Part shown: in pieces, positions 58,302 through 64,000 of the stretch
Position numbering within the stretch: position 1 is the first letter of the stretch
Layout: the number at the start of each line of letters is the position of its first letter
NCBI GenBank assembly: GCA_963828735.1
Contig: CAWHFW010000002.1
Coordinates: 224,001-288,000 of the forward strand
Length of the DNA stretch: 64,000 nt
Reading direction: 5' to 3'
Source: an uncultured Gemmatimonadales bacterium
GTDB lineage: Bacteria > Gemmatimonadota > Gemmatimonadetes > Gemmatimonadales > GWC2-71-9
The notes under the pieces: model-generated
Told to the model about the DNA's origin: nothing
Databases searched by the model: none
What the model saw: the letters and a program-made list of their open reading frames with translations, nothing else
Translations under genes and position numbers: made by a program

Positions 58302-61064
58302 TCAGTCGACTTCCACCGCACGGCGGCGGAGCATGCCGGCGACCTGCTCCCCGAGCGCCTCGGGCGTGAACGGTTTCTGCAGAAATGGCTGACCCGCGTC
58401 GAGCAACCCGCGTCGTACCACCTCGTCGTCCGTGTACCCGCTCATGAAGAGCACCGGGAGGCCGGGCCGGATGGTGAGGGCCTTGCGTGCCAGCTCCGGC
58501 CCATCCATCCCCGGCATCACCACGTCGGCGACGATGAGCCGGACCCGGCTCTCGGCGCGGCTGAGCAGCTCGAGCGCCTCACCGCCGTCCTTGGCCTCGA
58601 GCACGTTGTAACCGAACTCTGACAGCGCCCGCGACGCCATTTGGCGCACCGCGGGCTCATCTTCGACCACGAGCACGACCTCCCCCGAGGCTCTGGACGT
58701 GAGCGGCGCGTCGGGCACCTCGTTCGACGCCGACGCCGCGAAGGGGAGATACACCTTGAAAGTCGTTCCCTTCCCCACCTCGCTGTACACCCACACGTAT
58801 CCGTTGCTCTGTTTCACGATGCCGTAGACGGTGGCCAGGCCCAGCCCGGTACCCTTGCCGACCGGTTTGGTCGTATAGAACGGCTCGAACACGCGCGCCG
58901 AGGTGTCCCGGCTCATGCCGTGACCGGTGTCGCTCACCGCCAGCACGGCGTACGGACCGGGCACGATCGTCACCCCCGAGTGCTCGCGCGCGTACGCCGC
59001 CGTCAGGTCCGCGCGGAAGGTCTCGATCGAGAGCCGGCCTCCCATCGGCATCGCGTCACGGGAATTCAGGGTCAGGTTGAGCAACACCTGGGCGAGCTGA
59101 CCCGGATCGGCCTTCACCCGCGCCGGCGCCGAGCCGAGTCGGAGCTCGAGCGTGGACCGCTCCCCCAGCGTACGACGCAGCATGGCCTGAAGGCCGGACA
59201 CGGTCTCGTCCAGGTCCAGCACCCGGGGCTGAAGCACCTGGCGCCGGCTGAAGGCCAGGAGCTGCCCGGTAATCACGGCCGTGCGTTCCGCCGCGGCCCG
59301 GATCTCCTCGACATCCTGGCGCGCGACGCCCGTGAGCTCGGGGCGACGCAGCAGGAACGCCGCCGCGCCGAGAATGACCGTCATCTGGTTGTTCGCCTCG
59401 TGCGCGACACCACCGGCGAGCTGGCCCACGACTTCGAGCCGCTCGCTCTGGCGCGCACGCTCCTCGATCTGGCGGCGGGCCGTCTCGTCGGTATTGACCT
59501 CCACCACGCCAAGCGGCCGGCCCTCGACATCCTGCCGCAATACCCACTGCGAGGCGACGAACACGCGCGCGCCGCTCTTGGCGTGGTGAACGAGCTGGCC
59601 TTCCCACCGGCCGCCCGCCGCCAACACCTGTTCGATCTCGTGGAGCGCAAACGGAAACTCCGTCCTAAGCAGTTCGTGGGAGACGCGTCCGAGCGCCTCC
59701 TCCGCCGTCCACCCGTACAATCGTTCCGCGCCTCGGCTCCAATAGGTGATCCGTCCGCTCCGATCCCGCATCAGGACCTGCGCCAGGTCGAGGGCCTGTC
59801 CCAGTTCCCGACTTCGCGCGGTCTCGGCGGTGAGCAGGCTCTGGGTACGGCGCTCCGCGGTGATGTCGCGCTTGATGGACGATGCGCCCGTCACCACCCC
59901 TGAGAGATCGCGGATCGGCGAGACGCTGAGCGCGATGGTGATTCGCTGGCCGTCCTTCCGGACGCGTTCGGTCTCGGCGAAGGCCACGGGCTGGCCGCTC
60001 CTCACCCGCGCGAGCACGTCACGCTCGGCGTCGTGCAGCTCCGGGGGGACCAGGGTGAAGATCGACTGCCCCACGATCTCCTCGGCGGAGTAGCCGAAAA
60101 TGCGCTCCGCGGCGCGGTTCCAGCTCGTGATCGTCCCGTCGAGCCCCTTGCCGACAATCGCGTCCTCGGAGTTCACGACGATCGCCGCGAGCCGCTCTGT
60201 GGCTTCCTGCACCCGCACGAGGTCGGTCACGTCGCGCAGCACCACGGTCAGGCCATCGCTCGAGGGGTAAGCCGTGACCTGGAGCCAGCTGCTGACCGGT
60301 GAATAGAATGCTTGCGCCGTGTAGACCCGCTCCCCGCCCATCGTGCGGCGGAAGGCCGATCCGAACGCCCCTTCGGCGTCCTCGTCGATAACCTCCCAAA
60401 GCAGCCGACCGACCGTCTGCTTCAGCGGAAGACCGATCAGTGTGGCGGCGGCCGAATTCATATAGGTGACGAGCCAACGAGCGTCGACGACGATGAGCGC
60501 GTCGGTGAGACTGCCGAGAATCCGTTCGACGCGCTCCATCTGCTGCTCGGATCGCCGCGATTCGTTCTCCGCGCGCTTCGATTCCTCTTCCGCGCGCAGC
60601 GTCTCCTCTTCGGCCCGCGCGGCCTCCTCCTCGGCGCGAATCGTCTCTTCCTCCGCCCGCTCCGCCTCGGTGCGAGCCCGCCCGAGCGCGGCGGCGGCGG
60701 CGCGCACCGCGCGCAGGCGCGCTTCGCCCAGCCAGCCCATGCCCACGCCCGTCAGCGTGAACAGCAGGGCACCCAGCGTGGGCGTGGCTCCGGTCGGCAG
60801 CCAGCGCCCCGCCGGCGCGAGGAAGAACTGGAGCGCCGCCAGCAGCCCGATGAGCGTCGCCACGACCGCGGGCCCGAGCCCGAAGAAAAACGCGACGACG
60901 AACACCATCGGGAAGAGCGTGATGAAGGGAAGCTCGGTACCGAGCTGGGGACCCAGCATGAGACGCGCGAAGACGGCGATGCTCACGGCCGCCAGCGCCG
61001 CCACGTAAGGAATCACCCGCTGGGAGAGGCGGCTCACGGAATCGTGGTGGGCATCGCGGTCCAT
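58302..61064 (-). CDS. Hybrid sensor histidine kinase (DUF4118-like TM region, 3 PAS, HisKA/HATPase, receiver)
   Basis: GGVAHEANN, NLTLNSRDAM, DTGHGM, GTGLGL, ADVVMP. Confidence 0.93.
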   Translation of the reverse strand: MDRDAHHDSVSRLSQRVIPYVAALAAVSIAVFARLMLGPQLGTELPFITLFPMVFVVAFFFGLGPAVVATLIGLLAALQFFLAPAGRWLPTGATPTLGALLFTLTGVGMGWLGEARLRAVRAAAAALGRARTEAERAEEETIRAEEEAARAEEETLRAEEESKRAENESRRSEQQMERVERILGSLTDALIVVDARWLVTYMNSAAATLIGLPLKQTVGRLLWEVIDEDAEGAFGSAFRRTMGGERVYTAQAFYSPVSSWLQVTAYPSSDGLTVVLRDVTDLVRVQEATERLAAIVVNSEDAIVGKGLDGTITSWNRAAERIFGYSAEEIVGQSIFTLVPPELHDAERDVLARVRSGQPVAFAETERVRKDGQRITIALSVSPIRDLSGVVTGASSIKRDITAERRTQSLLTAETARSRELGQALDLAQVLMRDRSGRITYWSRGAERLYGWTAEEALGRVSHELLRTEFPFALHEIEQVLAAGGRWEGQLVHHAKSGARVFVASQWVLRQDVEGRPLGVVEVNTDETARRQIEERARQSERLEVVGQLAGGVAHEANNQMTVILGAAAFLLRRPELTGVARQDVEEIRAAAERTAVITGQLLAFSRRQVLQPRVLDLDETVSGLQAMLRRTLGERSTLELRLGSAPARVKADPGQLAQVLLNLTLNSRDAMPMGGRLSIETFRADLTAAYAREHSGVTIVPGPYAVLAVSDTGHGMSRDTSARVFEPFYTTKPVGKGTGLGLATVYGIVKQSNGYVWVYSEVGKGTTFKVYLPFAASASNEVPDAPLTSRASGEVVLVVEDEPAVRQMASRALSEFGYNVLEAKDGGEALELLSRAESRVRLIVADVVMPGMDGPELARKALTIRPGLPVLFMSGYTDDEVVRRGLLDAGQPFLQKPFTPEALGEQVAGMLRRRAVEVD

Positions 61065-61117
61065 GCGTGCGGGACCTTGGGAAAGAGGCGGGGTGGGGCG
61101 ACCGACGGCGTCGGCCA

Positions 61118-62739
<1,622 letters not shown>

Positions 62740-62752
62740 TCAACGCGGGGCG

Positions 62753-63730
62753 TCAGCGCGCGCGTCGCGCGAAATGATCGTAGCCGGCAAGGGCGACGGG
62801 TTTGCCGGCCAGCTCGGCCTGCACTCCCCCGCCCGCGGTTACCCGGCCCACGCGCGTGAGCGGCACGCCGGCCACGCTCCGGAACGCGAGGACGTCGTCC
62901 TGTTCGAAGTGCTCCGGCAGCGCGACGAGCAGCTCGTATTCCTCTCCGCTCTCGGCGGCGAAGCGTTCGGCCGGAATCCCGAGCCGGTGGGCCGCATCGA
63001 CGGCGGGGCCAGCGACGGGCACCCGGTCGAGCTCGAGCGCCACGGCCACCCCCGACGCCGCGGCGAGGTGTCCCGCATCCGCGCCGAGTCCGTCGCTCAC
63101 GTCGATCATGGCCCGGGCGCCGTGCCGGGCGAGCCAGCGGCCCGCATGGAGGCGGGGCACCGGATGCGCGAACGCTCGGCGGGCCTCGGCATCGGGCGCG
63201 TCGCCGCGCCGCCAGGCTTCGAGCGCCGCACGAGGGCCGCCGAGCTCACCGGTGACCCAGATTCCGTCGCCGATGCGGGCGCCGGCGCGCGTCACCGGCG
63301 TCTCCGTCCATCCCAGAACCGTGACCGCGGCGCTCCAGACTGGTCCGGCCGACAGGTCGCCGCCCACGACCCGTGCGCCAACATCCGACGCAGCGGCGCC
63401 GGCGCCGGTCATGAGGGCGACAACGTCCGCGTCGCTCGCCTCCGCCGGAACGGTGAGCGCGACCAGAACGCCTCCCGCCTCCGCGCCGTCCGCCGCCAGA
63501 TCCGACAGCGCGGCCGCGACCACTCGCCAGCCGATTTCCTCGAACGACAGCCAATCGCGACGGAAGTGGACGCCCTCGACGCTGACGTCGGTGCTGGCCA
63601 CCAGCGCCGAGCCGGCCGCCGCGAGCACGGCACAGTCATCCCCGAGACCGGTCGCCCGGGGCCCGAGGGCGGCGGCGATCCGACGCACCCGATCAAACTC
63701 TGGACCCGGGCCGAGCCGGGGGGCGGTCAC
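62753..63730 (-). CDS. thiL: Thiamine-monophosphate kinase
   Basis: GLGDDCA, STDVSVEGVHF, LSDLAA, GGD, MIDVSDGL, GEEYEL. Confidence 0.93.
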   Translation of the reverse strand: MTAPRLGPGPEFDRVRRIAAALGPRATGLGDDCAVLAAAGSALVASTDVSVEGVHFRRDWLSFEEIGWRVVAAALSDLAADGAEAGGVLVALTVPAEASDADVVALMTGAGAAASDVGARVVGGDLSAGPVWSAAVTVLGWTETPVTRAGARIGDGIWVTGELGGPRAALEAWRRGDAPDAEARRAFAHPVPRLHAGRWLARHGARAMIDVSDGLGADAGHLAAASGVAVALELDRVPVAGPAVDAAHRLGIPAERFAAESGEEYELLVALPEHFEQDDVLAFRSVAGVPLTRVGRVTAGGGVQAELAGKPVALAGYDHFARRAR

Positions 63731-64000
63731 GGCCGGACGGCGTCGAGCCGGAAGCGGACCAGTCCGGCGTTGGTGCCGACCCAGAGGTAGTCGGGGTCCA
63801 CGGCGACGTCGTTCGCGGCGCCGGGCAGGTCCCCGGCCCTGAGCGGATGCACCGGCGGCGTGTTCAGCCGCGCGAAGCCGACGCCCTGGTCGCCGGCAAC
63901 CCAGAAGCCCGGCCCATCCGCGACGAACGCCACGAGCCCGCCCAGCAGCCCGCTCAGGTTTGGGCCGAGCGTCCACGCCTCCGTGCGCGGGTCGCGCCAG
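63727..64000 (-). CDS. Beta-propeller-like hypothetical protein, 5' end outside the window
   Basis: DVAVDPDYLWVGTNAGLVRF; GTGA overlap with thiL. Confidence 0.6.
   Translation of the reverse strand, partial: WRDPRTEAWTLGPNLSGLLGGLVAFVADGPGFWVAGDQGVGFARLNTPPVHPLRAGDLPGAANDVAVDPDYLWVGTNAGLVRFRLDAVRP

Overview
High-GC bacterial chromosome segment. Gene content and order resemble Gemmatimonadota, but that assignment is inference. Scattered single-base deletions suggest a long-read or metagenomic assembly. (1) 1-43.6 kb is an almost entirely minus-strand, tightly overlapping gene string. In transcription order it runs DUF4956, Ser/Thr kinase, CYTH-PPK1 fusion, kinase-like Omp85, tilS, hpt, ftsH, folP, cdaA, DUF2723, yggS, PNP, ileS (GIHH type), dksA-like, lspA and rluD. 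It continues into an 18-kb chemosensory cluster with no chemoreceptor (cheW x3, cheY, cheA, cheC, cheR, cheD, cheB). Inserted in that cluster are an MglA GTPase, three Roadblock proteins, two DUF4388/MshEN/TPR proteins and a protein made of two tandem DnaA-type AAA+ domains with no DNA-binding domain. The string ends with tRNA-Val and a secreted TPR protein. (2) 34.4-47.4 kb looks like a polyphosphate/phosphoester envelope locus. (3) An ~8-kb integrative element (50147-58209) sits in the 3' half of tRNA-Met(CAT). It has 42-bp att repeats, arm-like repeats, xis and an atypical tyrosine integrase, and carries PKD and TolB-like lipoproteins and receiver domains. Similar cargo outside the att site suggests an older island. 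(4) The window closes with a hybrid PAS kinase, ftsB, eno and thiL. The two best candidates for undescribed systems are the Che-MglAB-tandem-DnaA-MshEN module and the DUF4956/CYTH-PPK1/kinase-Omp85/metallophosphoesterase locus.
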